Source: a virus
Direction: 5' to 3' (one strand)
IMG/VR virus record: IMGVR_UViG_3300013006_000018
DNA length: 64,000 nucleotides
Below the pieces are notes generated by a model. That model ran no database searches. It saw nothing but the letters and a program-made list of their open reading frames with translations, and was not told the origin of the DNA. Positions 8,945 through 17,877 of this stretch are shown here, piece by piece. Each line of letters begins with the position of its first letter. Within the stretch, counting starts at the first letter, position 1. The position numbers and the translations under genes were made by a program.

Positions 8945-9904
8945 ATGGACGTCATTCCTATTAATGTTGGTTTTGTCCCAAATATTATACTATTTGGCAA
9001 TAACTTTCAATATACAAACGGTGTTTTTCTGAGTTCTAATCGTAACACTAATTTGACAAGTGTTTCGGCTTATAACTTCTTTTCAAATGTAAAGCGTCTA
9101 TCTTCTATATGCCCGCCTTTCTCTGGACAAGAAATAAACAATTATACTGTGGTAAATAGTAATACTATCAGTGTTGGATTAACATCTATCACAACCCCAG
9201 GCACCTACGATATTATCATCAAGAACGATGGAGGGTATTTTAAGACATCCTCAGCTAAAACGCTCTTGCTTAAAAGAGATACTTCAATTCCAACTCCTAC
9301 ACCGACTCCTACTCCGACACCAGCACCACCGTCTGCGTGTATTGAAGGTTGGTCATATACAAACTTTCAGGGGGCTACATTTAGGAACGGTGATCCCATT
9401 CCTGAAATTACGGATCAAGAAGCATGGAATACTGCTACAGGTCCAGGTTGGTGTTACTTTGATAATGACCCTGCCAATGATGCTATTTATGGGAAACTTT
9501 ACAACAGGTATGCTGTAGCCGATATCAGGGGGCTAGCTCCTGAAGGCTTCCATATACCAACTCTTGCCGAATGGGTTGATCTAATTACGTGCTTAGGGGG
9601 CTCAGATGCGGGTGGGGGTATATGGCCTGTTGCGGGCGCTAAGATGAAAACAACAGGTACAATTCAAGATGGGGATGGGTTGTGGAATACACCGAATGTT
9701 GCCACAAACGAAAGTCTCTTTTCAGTGGAACCAGCTGGCTGTAGAACAGGTGGTTTCATCAATCTGCACACCAGAGGCAGTTTCTGGGTGTATGATAGTG
9801 ATACCTGTATTAATTTTAATAATGGTGCCTCTTACGTTTATATCGGTGGTGATAGTGCAACAGTTGGTTATTCTATACGCTTAAAAGCAGGGCCCGGTTC
9901 ATAA
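8945..9904 (+). CDS. Ig/IPT-like domain + PT linker + FISUMP (Fib_succ_major) domain protein
   Basis: TFRNGDPIPE...WCYFDND...YGKLYN...LAPEGFHIPT..EW...GYSIR; TAAATA 8934-8939. Confidence 0.8.
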   Translation: MDVIPINVGFVPNIILFGNNFQYTNGVFLSSNRNTNLTSVSAYNFFSNVKRLSSICPPFSGQEINNYTVVNSNTISVGLTSITTPGTYDIIIKNDGGYFKTSSAKTLLLKRDTSIPTPTPTPTPTPAPPSACIEGWSYTNFQGATFRNGDPIPEITDQEAWNTATGPGWCYFDNDPANDAIYGKLYNRYAVADIRGLAPEGFHIPTLAEWVDLITCLGGSDAGGGIWPVAGAKMKTTGTIQDGDGLWNTPNVATNESLFSVEPAGCRTGGFINLHTRGSFWVYDSDTCINFNNGASYVYIGGDSATVGYSIRLKAGPGS

Positions 9905-9909
9905 AAGAA

Positions 9910-9981
9910 CTGCTCGGGTAGGGATCGAACCTACGACCAATGCATTAACAGTGCACCGCTCTACCGCTGAGCTACCGAGCA
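9910..9981 (-). tRNA. trnN: tRNA-Asn(GTT)
   Basis: Cloverleaf, loop CTGTTAA, U1-A72, G73. Confidence 0.93.
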
Positions 9982-9984
9982 ATA

Positions 9985-10067
9985 TGGGCGGAGCTGGATT
10001 CGAACCAGCGAAGGCGTAAGCCAGCAGATTTACAGTCTGCCCCGTTTGGCCACTTCGGTATCCGCCC
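9985..10067 (-). tRNA. trnY: tRNA-Tyr(GTA)
   Basis: Cloverleaf with long variable arm, loop CTGTAAA. Confidence 0.93.
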
Positions 10068-10086
10068 AAAATCTTTTAAAGAACAG

Positions 10087-10171
10087 CGGGCAGAGTAGGA
10101 TTCGAACCCACGGATGCTTTCGCATCAACGGTTTTCAAGACCGTCGCTTTAGACCGCTCAGCCACCTGCCC
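10087..10171 (-). tRNA. trnS: tRNA-Ser(TGA)
   Basis: Long variable arm, loop CTTGAAA, G73. Confidence 0.93.
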
Positions 10172-10176
10172 CGCAT

Positions 10177-10250
10177 CGCACTCACCAGGAATCGAACCTG
10201 GAACCGACGGTTTAGAAAACCGTTGCTCTATCCGGTTGAGCTATGAGTGC
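10177..10250 (-). tRNA. trnR: tRNA-Arg(TCT)
   Basis: Cloverleaf, loop TTTCTAA. Confidence 0.9.
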
Positions 10251-10252
10251 AT

Positions 10253-10325
10253 TGGCGCTGACGGGATTCGAACCCGTGTATGGTCCTTGAAAGGGACCTG
10301 TCCTAGGCCCCTAGACGACAGCGCC
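10253..10325 (-). tRNA. trnE: tRNA-Glu(TTC)
   Basis: Cloverleaf, loop CTTTCAA. Confidence 0.92.
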
Positions 10326-10373
10326 ATTCATATAATCTTATAGGTAAATATTTAAAAGTCAATTTATAAAATG

Positions 10374-10445
10374 AGCCGGTGATCGGGATTGAACCGATGA
10401 CCGACGGTTTACAAAACCGTTGCTCTACCACTGAGCTACACCGGC
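10374..10445 (-). tRNA. trnT: tRNA-Thr(TGT)
   Basis: Cloverleaf, loop TTTGTAA. Confidence 0.93.
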
Positions 10446-10447
10446 AT

Positions 10448-10520
10448 TGGAGGTATGGGGATTCGAACCCCAGACCTATAGCTTGCAAAGCTACCGCTCT
10501 ACCAACTGAGCTATACCCCC
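10448..10520 (-). tRNA. trnA: tRNA-Ala(TGC)
   Basis: Cloverleaf, G3:U70, loop TTTGCAA. Confidence 0.94.
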
Positions 10521-10528
10521 AGTTCATT

Positions 10529-10600
10529 CTGCCAGGCTAGGATTCGAACCTAGAACAGGCAGATCCAAAGTCTGCTGTGCTACCATTGCACCACCTGGCA
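10529..10600 (-). tRNA. trnQ: tRNA-Gln(TTG)
   Basis: Cloverleaf, loop CTTTGGA, U1-A72. Confidence 0.93.
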
Positions 10601-10602
10601 AA

Positions 10603-10674
10603 TAGGCGATAAGGGATTCGAACCCCTGACCCTCTCCGTGTAAGGGAGACGCTCTACCGCTGAGCTAATCGCCT
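10603..10674 (-). tRNA. trnV: tRNA-Val(TAC)
   Basis: Cloverleaf, loop CTTACAC. Confidence 0.93.
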
Positions 10675-10748
10675 GTTAAGAGAGTTTAATAGAAAGAATT
10701 GCAAATGCAATAATTACGTATCCGTTAACCTACTGAAACTGATACTAT

Positions 10749-12338
10749 TTAAAGAGGAGTAATAGCATATTTGTCCATTAGATATGCCTCAACTTCCTGA
10801 ATTTCTGATGTTGTGATCGCTCTATTGTAAAATATAATTTCATAAACATACATTTCTGTAGAAGCTTCTGCATTATATCCACTTCCCTCGCCAAATGGTG
10901 AGGCTCCAATAAAAACAGAGGCGCTATTGGTTTCATTAAGTCCGTAACCATCATTATCACCAGTTCCAACTTGTACTTCTGCTCCATTGTATCTTATGAG
11001 GCCAGAAGAATCTGAAGTGAACTGAGATACTATAATTCTTTTTATATTAACATCATCTCCTGTACCAGTACCATAACTAATACCAGTATCTTGACCATTA
11101 GTACTTTCAAGACTCCCAATAACCCCTCCGTTTACATATATTTGATATTTTCTTCGTTTACTGTCATCATTTGATTTACTGAATACACATGAATTGTTTG
11201 CTCCTGCGCGCACTAGAGTAATTAACGTATATGGACCTGTTAAATTTAGACTTTCGCTTGGTAGAGCCAATATTGATGCGTTAGGATCACCGTAAGTATT
11301 ATTTGCTGTGAATAATAATGCTCCATTAGAAAACGTTGGGAATCCCGTGTTGTCTATGCTTTTTGTAAAGTTTCTAGAATTTCCACTTTGATCCGCCCAA
11401 GCTGATACAACCTCCATCATTACACTTGATGTTGTAATGCTTCCAATAATAGAACCAGAAGGGATTGCTGTAACGGATGTGGTTACTGGATTACCTACAT
11501 CTCGCTCGGAGTTTCCATATACTGCTGTCGGTGCTGGTGCGTCACCATTTTCTGTTACCCAAGCTCCCTCTGGTTGTTGGTTATAGTTTCTATACTGATC
11601 ATTAGGTCCAACAAACCAAAAGTTATCATTATCATCATATGAAATACTTCTGGAGCTAGATGCGGTGAAATTAGAAGATTCAATATCAATCTGACTGTCT
11701 GACCTTGTATATATCCCATTTATTGATGTTGTTCCAGCATTTGAAAGTGTTATTGTGCTAAAATATTCTGCTGGAGTCCAGGCTCCAGCGTAATTACCAG
11801 TAGTATTGTAAGCAATTGCAATGTCGTTTGGTATATATCTGATAGCATTACCGTCTATTAAAAAGTCTCCATTAAGTAGTGCTTCATAATCAGAAGAGTA
11901 AGTATAGGTACCGTTTGCACCTGCATAAATACCAGTAAATCCAGAAATAACAACTTGAGTAAAGTATTGAGAGGATATTGCCCAAGTCTGTCCATCGGAA
12001 GACTCGACATAGGCATAACCAGCACCCGTATCACTTTCTAAAACAAACGCGTTTGCATTCCAATACATATCAAACCCATTTGATGGACCAGAAAAACTAT
12101 AGCTATTGACGTAACCTTCATAAGATGGAACTGATGTTGCCGTATATGTCCCACTTAAGGTGCTTGTTCCAGAAATTATAATTTGTGAGACATAGTTGTA
12201 GGCAGGTGCTTGAATGTTACTTACTCCAGCATCAGCTTTCAACCAGAGGGATAGTCCGGCAATGTTGGTAGGGGAAAAAAGAGTAGAAAACGGCTTGCTG
12301 GAACTACTGATTCCTAGTCCTAAACTAAGGCGAGGCAT
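10749..12338 (-). CDS. LamG/concanavalin-like virion protein with ~270-aa inserted repeat modules
   Basis: SPTNIAGLSLWLKADAGV ... VSAWADQSGN ... EIIFYNRAIT..EIQEVEAYL..KY. Confidence 0.75.
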   Translation of the reverse strand: MPRLSLGLGISSSSKPFSTLFSPTNIAGLSLWLKADAGVSNIQAPAYNYVSQIIISGTSTLSGTYTATSVPSYEGYVNSYSFSGPSNGFDMYWNANAFVLESDTGAGYAYVESSDGQTWAISSQYFTQVVISGFTGIYAGANGTYTYSSDYEALLNGDFLIDGNAIRYIPNDIAIAYNTTGNYAGAWTPAEYFSTITLSNAGTTSINGIYTRSDSQIDIESSNFTASSSRSISYDDNDNFWFVGPNDQYRNYNQQPEGAWVTENGDAPAPTAVYGNSERDVGNPVTTSVTAIPSGSIIGSITTSSVMMEVVSAWADQSGNSRNFTKSIDNTGFPTFSNGALLFTANNTYGDPNASILALPSESLNLTGPYTLITLVRAGANNSCVFSKSNDDSKRRKYQIYVNGGVIGSLESTNGQDTGISYGTGTGDDVNIKRIIVSQFTSDSSGLIRYNGAEVQVGTGDNDGYGLNETNSASVFIGASPFGEGSGYNAEASTEMYVYEIIFYNRAITTSEIQEVEAYLMDKYAITPL

Positions 12339-12342
12339 AACA

Positions 12343-13260
12343 TCATTTGAAAGCTATGATCGCCCCATAAGACAATGTGAGACTAGTGATGGGAGCTGTC
12401 AGGATAAAGTTTTGTGGTAATTCATAATCAACTAATCCTGTTGTGGTGGAGTTAGCAATGGCAATAGCTGAAAACTTACATGCACTCAACACCTGTATGG
12501 CATTGAAGTTTTGTGTGACTGTGCCATTAGAAGGCTGGCAAAATACTACACCATTGATTCCTAATTGATTGCCTAGCAGTGCAGAAACAGAATTGACTAA
12601 TGTGTTGGTTCTAGTAAGCAATGTTTCAATATCAGCAATATTAGTATTGATGGTGCCTACAGCTGTGTTGATGGTACCTACAGCTGTGTTGATAGTACCA
12701 ACATTGGTGTTAGTAGTACCTACAGCTGTGTTGATAGTACCAACATTAGTGTTAGTAGTACCTACAGCTGTGTTGATGGTACCTACAGCTGTGTTGATAG
12801 TACCAACATCAGCTACATTAGCAGAAACAGAATTGACCAATGCATTGGTTCTAGTAAGCAATGTTTCAATGTCAGCTACATTAGTGTTGATGGTACCAAC
12901 ATTGGTGTTAGTAGTGCCAATGTTATTGGAAATGGTTGTTAATGTACTCTCTACCGCATCTGTGTTATTTTTAATTGTAGTAACATCAGGGGAAATAACA
13001 TTTAAAATGTTTTCTACATCTGCTAGATTTACATTGATATTTTCTGCAGAAAGAGAAACCTTAATATCCTCGGGGTTTGCCAGATATGTTACTACCGCAT
13101 ACTTCGAAAATATATCAACAGAGCTTAATGAATACCCAGAATCCCTATAATCCCATTTTATTACAGAAACGGGCGGAAAACGTAAATCATTTGTTATTTC
13201 TACAAATTTGTTAGATTCAGGTAACTGCGGTGTACCGAAAAAGTTTGATTGATAAGCCAT
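12343..13260 (-). CDS. Heptad-repeat coiled-coil virion/fibre protein
   Basis: VGTINTA/VGTTNTN repeats; small C-terminal beta domain (FNAIQVL...LSYGAIIAFK); TAAATA 13266-13271. Confidence 0.7.
   Translation of the reverse strand: MAYQSNFFGTPQLPESNKFVEITNDLRFPPVSVIKWDYRDSGYSLSSVDIFSKYAVVTYLANPEDIKVSLSAENINVNLADVENILNVISPDVTTIKNNTDAVESTLTTISNNIGTTNTNVGTINTNVADIETLLTRTNALVNSVSANVADVGTINTAVGTINTAVGTTNTNVGTINTAVGTTNTNVGTINTAVGTINTAVGTINTNIADIETLLTRTNTLVNSVSALLGNQLGINGVVFCQPSNGTVTQNFNAIQVLSACKFSAIAIANSTTTGLVDYELPQNFILTAPITSLTLSYGAIIAFK
12577..12925 (-). repeat. 21-bp coding tandem repeats flanked by a duplicated DIETLLTRTNxLVNSVSA block
   Basis: Repeated acagctgtgttgat(g/a)gtacc units. Confidence 0.85.
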
Positions 13261-13282
13261 ACAATTATTTATGTTTTATGCA

Positions 13283-13645
13283 CTATTTTAATGACAATAA
13301 ATATTTAAGTCTATTAAGTATAGCAAGCATTTCATCACGAATGTTTAGTAAGTCTGTATCTGTATCTGCAAGTTCGGATGTATAACCGTTAAGTTTATTA
13401 ACATAAATGTCTACGAATTCTATTAAGTTAACTCCTTCTATGTTTTGAAGTTCAAAATGAAAGGATGTTTTTGCCTTAGGACGACCGTATTTACCAATAA
13501 ACACTTCTACAAAACTATCAATGATACCGTCTAAGCTTTCATAAGCCTTGCCGAGAGCTTTATGCTGACTAAATTCTGTTGTCTGCCAATGAAAAATTCT
13601 TAACTGTTGTTGCAGGGTAATTAGCGGTGTAATAACCGGGCTCAT
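13283..13645 (-). CDS. Dps/ferritin-like four-helix protein (DUF5856-like)
   Basis: HWQT...HKALG..YE.L...ID.FVE...GKYGR and NIRDEML...LKYLL. Confidence 0.75.
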   Translation of the reverse strand: MSPVITPLITLQQQLRIFHWQTTEFSQHKALGKAYESLDGIIDSFVEVFIGKYGRPKAKTSFHFELQNIEGVNLIEFVDIYVNKLNGYTSELADTDTDLLNIRDEMLAILNRLKYLLSLK

Positions 13646-13689
13646 AAATTTACTTATAAAAAATAGGGCTGTTTACCATATATATTTAT

Positions 13690-13911
13690 ATGGCAGCAGG
13701 CAAAACAGCAAGTCACGGAAAACCCGGGCATAATACTTCACATCATAAGACACGTTTTATTGGCAATGATAAAGTTACTCCGGTTTTTTATGCAGGACAT
13801 AACTTAAAGCATGGTTCTTATATAGCAGGGCACGTTAACGGTAAAACCGTTGAAGATGCTAATGGTAGGCCTATTCCTTTTAAGCAAATAGGTGAGTTAA
13901 GAGCTGCTTAA
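13690..13911 (+). CDS. Small basic His-rich hypothetical protein
   Basis: ORF; TATATA 5 nt upstream. Confidence 0.55.
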   Translation: MAAGKTASHGKPGHNTSHHKTRFIGNDKVTPVFYAGHNLKHGSYIAGHVNGKTVEDANGRPIPFKQIGELRAA

Positions 13912-15587
13912 TTTTCTCTTCTTAAATCTCTACTGTAGTGCACAAACCGATCGTGCTCTATAGGGGATAATAATAGTATAGCACTTCTAATCATTTTCTC
14001 TTTAGTTTGTTGATATATATATGACATCCATGTTTGTTCGTAGGGGTGTGCCCATTTTACATCAAGAAACATTTTCTGATTTCCTTCTCTTGATACAATC
14101 TGAGGCCAATTACAATAATATATTTCTCCGTCTGCATAGACTAAGGATTGATATGATTTAATGTTATTAAAGCTTGTTCTTGGTGGATTTGGATCTAACC
14201 CAAGCTTAGGTAGTCTTGTTTTAAATGGAAAGTATTCTTCTCTTTTTACCTGTGGTAAATTATACCAAGACCATTGAGTACTATTGTCACCAAAAAATTC
14301 TTTAAAGCTAAGCTTTAAGAAATCATACCCCTCTATATTCATAATAGAAATAACCTTATCAAATATATTTTCTGTATATCTATTAAAACCAAGAGGGCAA
14401 ATTTCTGTAGTTTCGGGAAGAATAAACATATCATCTTCCAAGAAGATACTATAATCACAATCAGTTTCTGCAAAATGCTCAGCGGCAAACTGCCGTCCTC
14501 CACATATACCTATATTATCTTTTTTAATTCTAACAAAGTTATACTTTTCACATAATTCACTATAACGTTCGTTAGTAGAAATATCTGTGCTATTATCAAT
14601 TAAGAAGTTTATCGTATTCGTAATAAATTTATTATGATAGGAATAAGAAATACATAGCTTTTCAAATTGATCTGGTGAATTAAACGTCAATACATAAAGA
14701 GCTACTTTAGCATTTATTATATTCTTTTTGTTAGTTGTTGTTGTTACGATTTTTGTTTTAACGGTATCATTTTTTAAATTTTCAAAGAACATTCCTATTA
14801 GACCGTTATCTTCTAATACAAATCTATCATACATCTCGGGGCGCTGGTGGGCCATGATTGTAAAGATAGATTCTTCTGTTCCCATGTAATCCTCTGAAAG
14901 AGTTTGTTGCAGAAGACCATAGTAATGCCCGTTTGCCTGCTTTATGTGATCAATATTACCGCCAAAGAAACCACCCCGACAAACATACTTTACATAATCA
15001 ATATCACAAAATTTATTCATTCCCTCTCTATCAAATCCATGAATCTCATTACCCCCTTCATAAGGGAAGGAAAGAAATAAGAATTTCTGTAAGATCGATT
15101 CAAGTTTATCTTGCACTTTATCGTGGGTGAAGTAACCTGGGTGTACTGTATTGGTTATACCCCCGTCAATCCATACTAAGTAATCTGATCCAAAGGGATT
15201 AAAGCAAGCTTGATCATGCAACATGAACATCTTGCACATGACCATAGGATTGTACAATTCTAAAGTGGCTTGCGTACTTTGTTTTAACCATTCAACTTGA
15301 TTGGACCAATTAGGATCGAGCCTTATCTTTTGGGCTTGTTTATAGAAATCAAATTTTTCTCGAAATTCATCAATTTCCTTTATATGAACACGGGTGTTTT
15401 CCTTCCTTCTATGCTGCCAAACTAAATCTTCATATTTTTTCTCAATATAAATAGCCATGTTCACATCGGCTTGCATGAGTTTTATAAAATTATCAATATA
15501 ATGTTGAAATGGTCGCTTGAACCCTTCGCCGGCCTGATCCCGACGTAAATCCCAGATACCTGTTACAAATGTTATGTTCTTAGACAT
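13908..15587 (-). CDS. HtrL/YibB-family glycosyltransferase-like domain fused to a GT-A (GT2-like) domain
   Basis: Start reassigned to ATG 15587 (MSKNITFVTG); WIDGG, RGGFFGG, MGTEE; second domain with IDNST, IFLEDD. Confidence 0.75.
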   Translation of the reverse strand: MSKNITFVTGIWDLRRDQAGEGFKRPFQHYIDNFIKLMQADVNMAIYIEKKYEDLVWQHRRKENTRVHIKEIDEFREKFDFYKQAQKIRLDPNWSNQVEWLKQSTQATLELYNPMVMCKMFMLHDQACFNPFGSDYLVWIDGGITNTVHPGYFTHDKVQDKLESILQKFLFLSFPYEGGNEIHGFDREGMNKFCDIDYVKYVCRGGFFGGNIDHIKQANGHYYGLLQQTLSEDYMGTEESIFTIMAHQRPEMYDRFVLEDNGLIGMFFENLKNDTVKTKIVTTTTNKKNIINAKVALYVLTFNSPDQFEKLCISYSYHNKFITNTINFLIDNSTDISTNERYSELCEKYNFVRIKKDNIGICGGRQFAAEHFAETDCDYSIFLEDDMFILPETTEICPLGFNRYTENIFDKVISIMNIEGYDFLKLSFKEFFGDNSTQWSWYNLPQVKREEYFPFKTRLPKLGLDPNPPRTSFNNIKSYQSLVYADGEIYYCNWPQIVSREGNQKMFLDVKWAHPYEQTWMSYIYQQTKEKMIRSAILLLSPIEHDRFVHYSRDLRREN

Positions 15588-15591
15588 CGTT

Positions 15592-16485
15592 TTAATAATT
15601 AGCAAAGATCTTATAAAAGCTATTAGCTTCACCAGAAAGATAACTAGTTCTTTCCCCAGGTGAAAAAAACCACCATAAGTCAAAAAGCTTTAAATCAAAC
15701 ATCTCAGGGAATATTGAATATAGTGCACTTAGTATAGGCTCTTCCGTACCGTACATTTTTTTGTCGATATAGAGGTTTAGCATTTCCTTGTATCTTTCAA
15801 AGAATATATTGTAAATGTCTCTATGACCACCAAATATACCGCCGATGACATGCTTCAACAGCTGTGGTTTATGTTCTAGTTTGTAGTATTCCTGGATCAT
15901 TAGCTCCTGATCGCCCACCATGCCTTGCATAGGGAGAGCACAACTAAATATTTTGCTTAAGTCTAAACTGTCATATATTTTATTTCCAAGAGCAGGCGTA
16001 AACATATTGGTTGTATTATGCGGATAATACCACTCTCTTTTTACTGGTATACGCATCTCTACCCCACCGACCTTCTCCGGAAAGATACCGTGATGCATTA
16101 AACCTGCATCGACCCAGAACGCTACGTCTGAATTAAAATATTTGTTATCAAGTACTTGCTTTACCCAGAACGCTTTTGAATAACAGAGCACTTCATTACG
16201 ATTCTTAGCTACGATACTTTCATATATTTCTTTTTTAAATGCCATGAATTTATCATGAAATTCAAATGCTGAAAGATCTTGTCCAATAACTTTAAAGTCG
16301 TTTATTGCATACTCAGATAGAAATTTTTCTGTTCTCTCGACACTATCATGATCTGTAAATAATACTAAGGGTTTGTTTAGGTTAAGAATGTTTACAAGGG
16401 TGGATTGATAGACGGCTAAATCCCACCCTCTTCCACCATAGATATCACTATCTCTACAACCATATACACAGGTAACTAAAGTCAC
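15592..16485 (-). CDS. HtrL/YibB-family glycosyltransferase-like protein
   Basis: TLVT...PLVLFTD, SKAFWV, FWVDAG, IGGIFGG, GTEE. Confidence 0.75.
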   Translation of the reverse strand: MTLVTCVYGCRDSDIYGGRGWDLAVYQSTLVNILNLNKPLVLFTDHDSVERTEKFLSEYAINDFKVIGQDLSAFEFHDKFMAFKKEIYESIVAKNRNEVLCYSKAFWVKQVLDNKYFNSDVAFWVDAGLMHHGIFPEKVGGVEMRIPVKREWYYPHNTTNMFTPALGNKIYDSLDLSKIFSCALPMQGMVGDQELMIQEYYKLEHKPQLLKHVIGGIFGGHRDIYNIFFERYKEMLNLYIDKKMYGTEEPILSALYSIFPEMFDLKLFDLWWFFSPGERTSYLSGEANSFYKIFANY

Positions 16486-16514
16486 TTAATAATTTATTTT
16501 TACTGTATAGGTTT

Positions 16515-17126
16515 TCAAGATAATATTCGCTTACACTCTTGAATAAAGATATCTTGTCTTTCTTGTTTGCGTACTTCAAAACAATGAAACGTATTATTTG
16601 AATAATGTGTGCCGATTCCAAATTCAAAATTATAAAACCCTGTATTACATTTCCAGAGCGGTATTAAGCATTTCTCAGGAAATGAAAAAACAATTTCTAT
16701 ATTTTTAATGCGGGTAATAATTGAAAATCTTTCTGCAACGTCAATTTCTTTATCTTCATAGAAGCCGCCACAAAAGGAGTCACATTCCACCTTGTTATAG
16801 GTATATTTTGTAAAGTTTAAAAAGCTAGGAGCGACATAAGGGTATGAGTTAGATGTTTGTGCATTTCCATATATACATGGGCTTTTATTGATGATACTCT
16901 TTGCTTCGTCAAAAACACCTGCACTAGTAGGGATAAGATCCACATCGAGAATAGAGATTGAATCCCACTCTTCCTTTTTTAAGAAAGTTTCTATAGCTTC
17001 ATGATGGTGTGTTTGGAAGGGTACTTGAAGTAAAGGAATATTAAATTTTTCAAAGACTTTCTTTTGATACGAAGCAATTTCACTGTTTAAATCGTTTTTA
17101 TAAAACGATACTGTTTTATGTATCAT
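16515..17126 (-). CDS. Putative GT-A glycosyltransferase
   Basis: ILDVDLIP DxD motif; position within the operon. Confidence 0.5.
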   Translation of the reverse strand: MIHKTVSFYKNDLNSEIASYQKKVFEKFNIPLLQVPFQTHHHEAIETFLKKEEWDSISILDVDLIPTSAGVFDEAKSIINKSPCIYGNAQTSNSYPYVAPSFLNFTKYTYNKVECDSFCGGFYEDKEIDVAERFSIITRIKNIEIVFSFPEKCLIPLWKCNTGFYNFEFGIGTHYSNNTFHCFEVRKQERQDIFIQECKRILS

Positions 17127-17877
17127 AATTTATTTGTATCCATTTCTCCGGGTATATGTCGGTTGTATTGAAGTTATTATAACCTATGCCAAACCATTTA
17201 CTACGGGTAGGGCATATTATTTTTTTGTTTAGGTTTTTATTTAAATATGCAGCCCACCAGCTGAAGGTAGAATTACATATAATATTATCTTGACATAAAG
17301 ACATTAAAACAAAATCTTCATGAGGCTGTAATGAATAGAAATCGCAATCTATATCTCTAAAAGCTTCTTTACACCATTCTATATCATCTGAAAAGACGCT
17401 AAACTTCTTACAGCTTGTTTGTTCGATAGCTTTTAAAAAGTAGTTTCTTGGAGTAACCGGATGAAAGTCTTGTTGTGTGAGGTAATCGGTTCTTCTTACA
17501 TGAATACTGCATGTAGAGCCTATAGAAGGATAAAGCTCCTGGAGTTTAACCAGATCATCTTTAAAAGCAAAAATTTCAAATATTTCGTCTTTAATATTAG
17601 AAAAGAATTTTTCACTTTGATAGTAGCCTAGGAATTCATGAGAACCGTCCAGGATGATATCATAATAGTTCCATTGTAGTTGACTGTATGTTTTACTAGG
17701 TAGCGCTGTTATAATGGGAAGTGTATTTTTAAATATATGATTGACGTTTAAATCAAAATGCGTACCGTAGCTTAAATTGTTTTTTTTTGCTGTAGCTATG
17801 GTAGCAGCTATCTGAAATAGCTTATTACCGAAGCGGCCGTTCCTATCGTTGAAAACCAGGGTTTGTGACATTTTCAA
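17116..17877 (-). CDS. Alpha-1,2-fucosyltransferase (GT11)
   Basis: GRFGNKLFQ, GYYQSEKFF, SIHVRRTDY, FSDDIEWC, NSTFSWWAAYL. Confidence 0.9.
   Translation of the reverse strand: MKMSQTLVFNDRNGRFGNKLFQIAATIATAKKNNLSYGTHFDLNVNHIFKNTLPIITALPSKTYSQLQWNYYDIILDGSHEFLGYYQSEKFFSNIKDEIFEIFAFKDDLVKLQELYPSIGSTCSIHVRRTDYLTQQDFHPVTPRNYFLKAIEQTSCKKFSVFSDDIEWCKEAFRDIDCDFYSLQPHEDFVLMSLCQDNIICNSTFSWWAAYLNKNLNKKIICPTRSKWFGIGYNNFNTTDIYPEKWIQINYDT

Noticed and set aside
7970-10527. ORFs 7970..8197, 10046..10246 and 10303..10527
   Set aside because: They overlap tmRNA or tRNA genes and are spurious
6858-12925. Tandem repeats as a possible CRISPR array
   Set aside because: In-frame coding repeats of 42 and 21 bp without unique spacers
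15588-15683. N-terminal extensions in the ORF track (13908..15683; likewise 62999..63082 and 1631..1654)
   Set aside because: They overlap neighbouring genes or promoters; downstream starts fit domain boundaries and promoter spacing better
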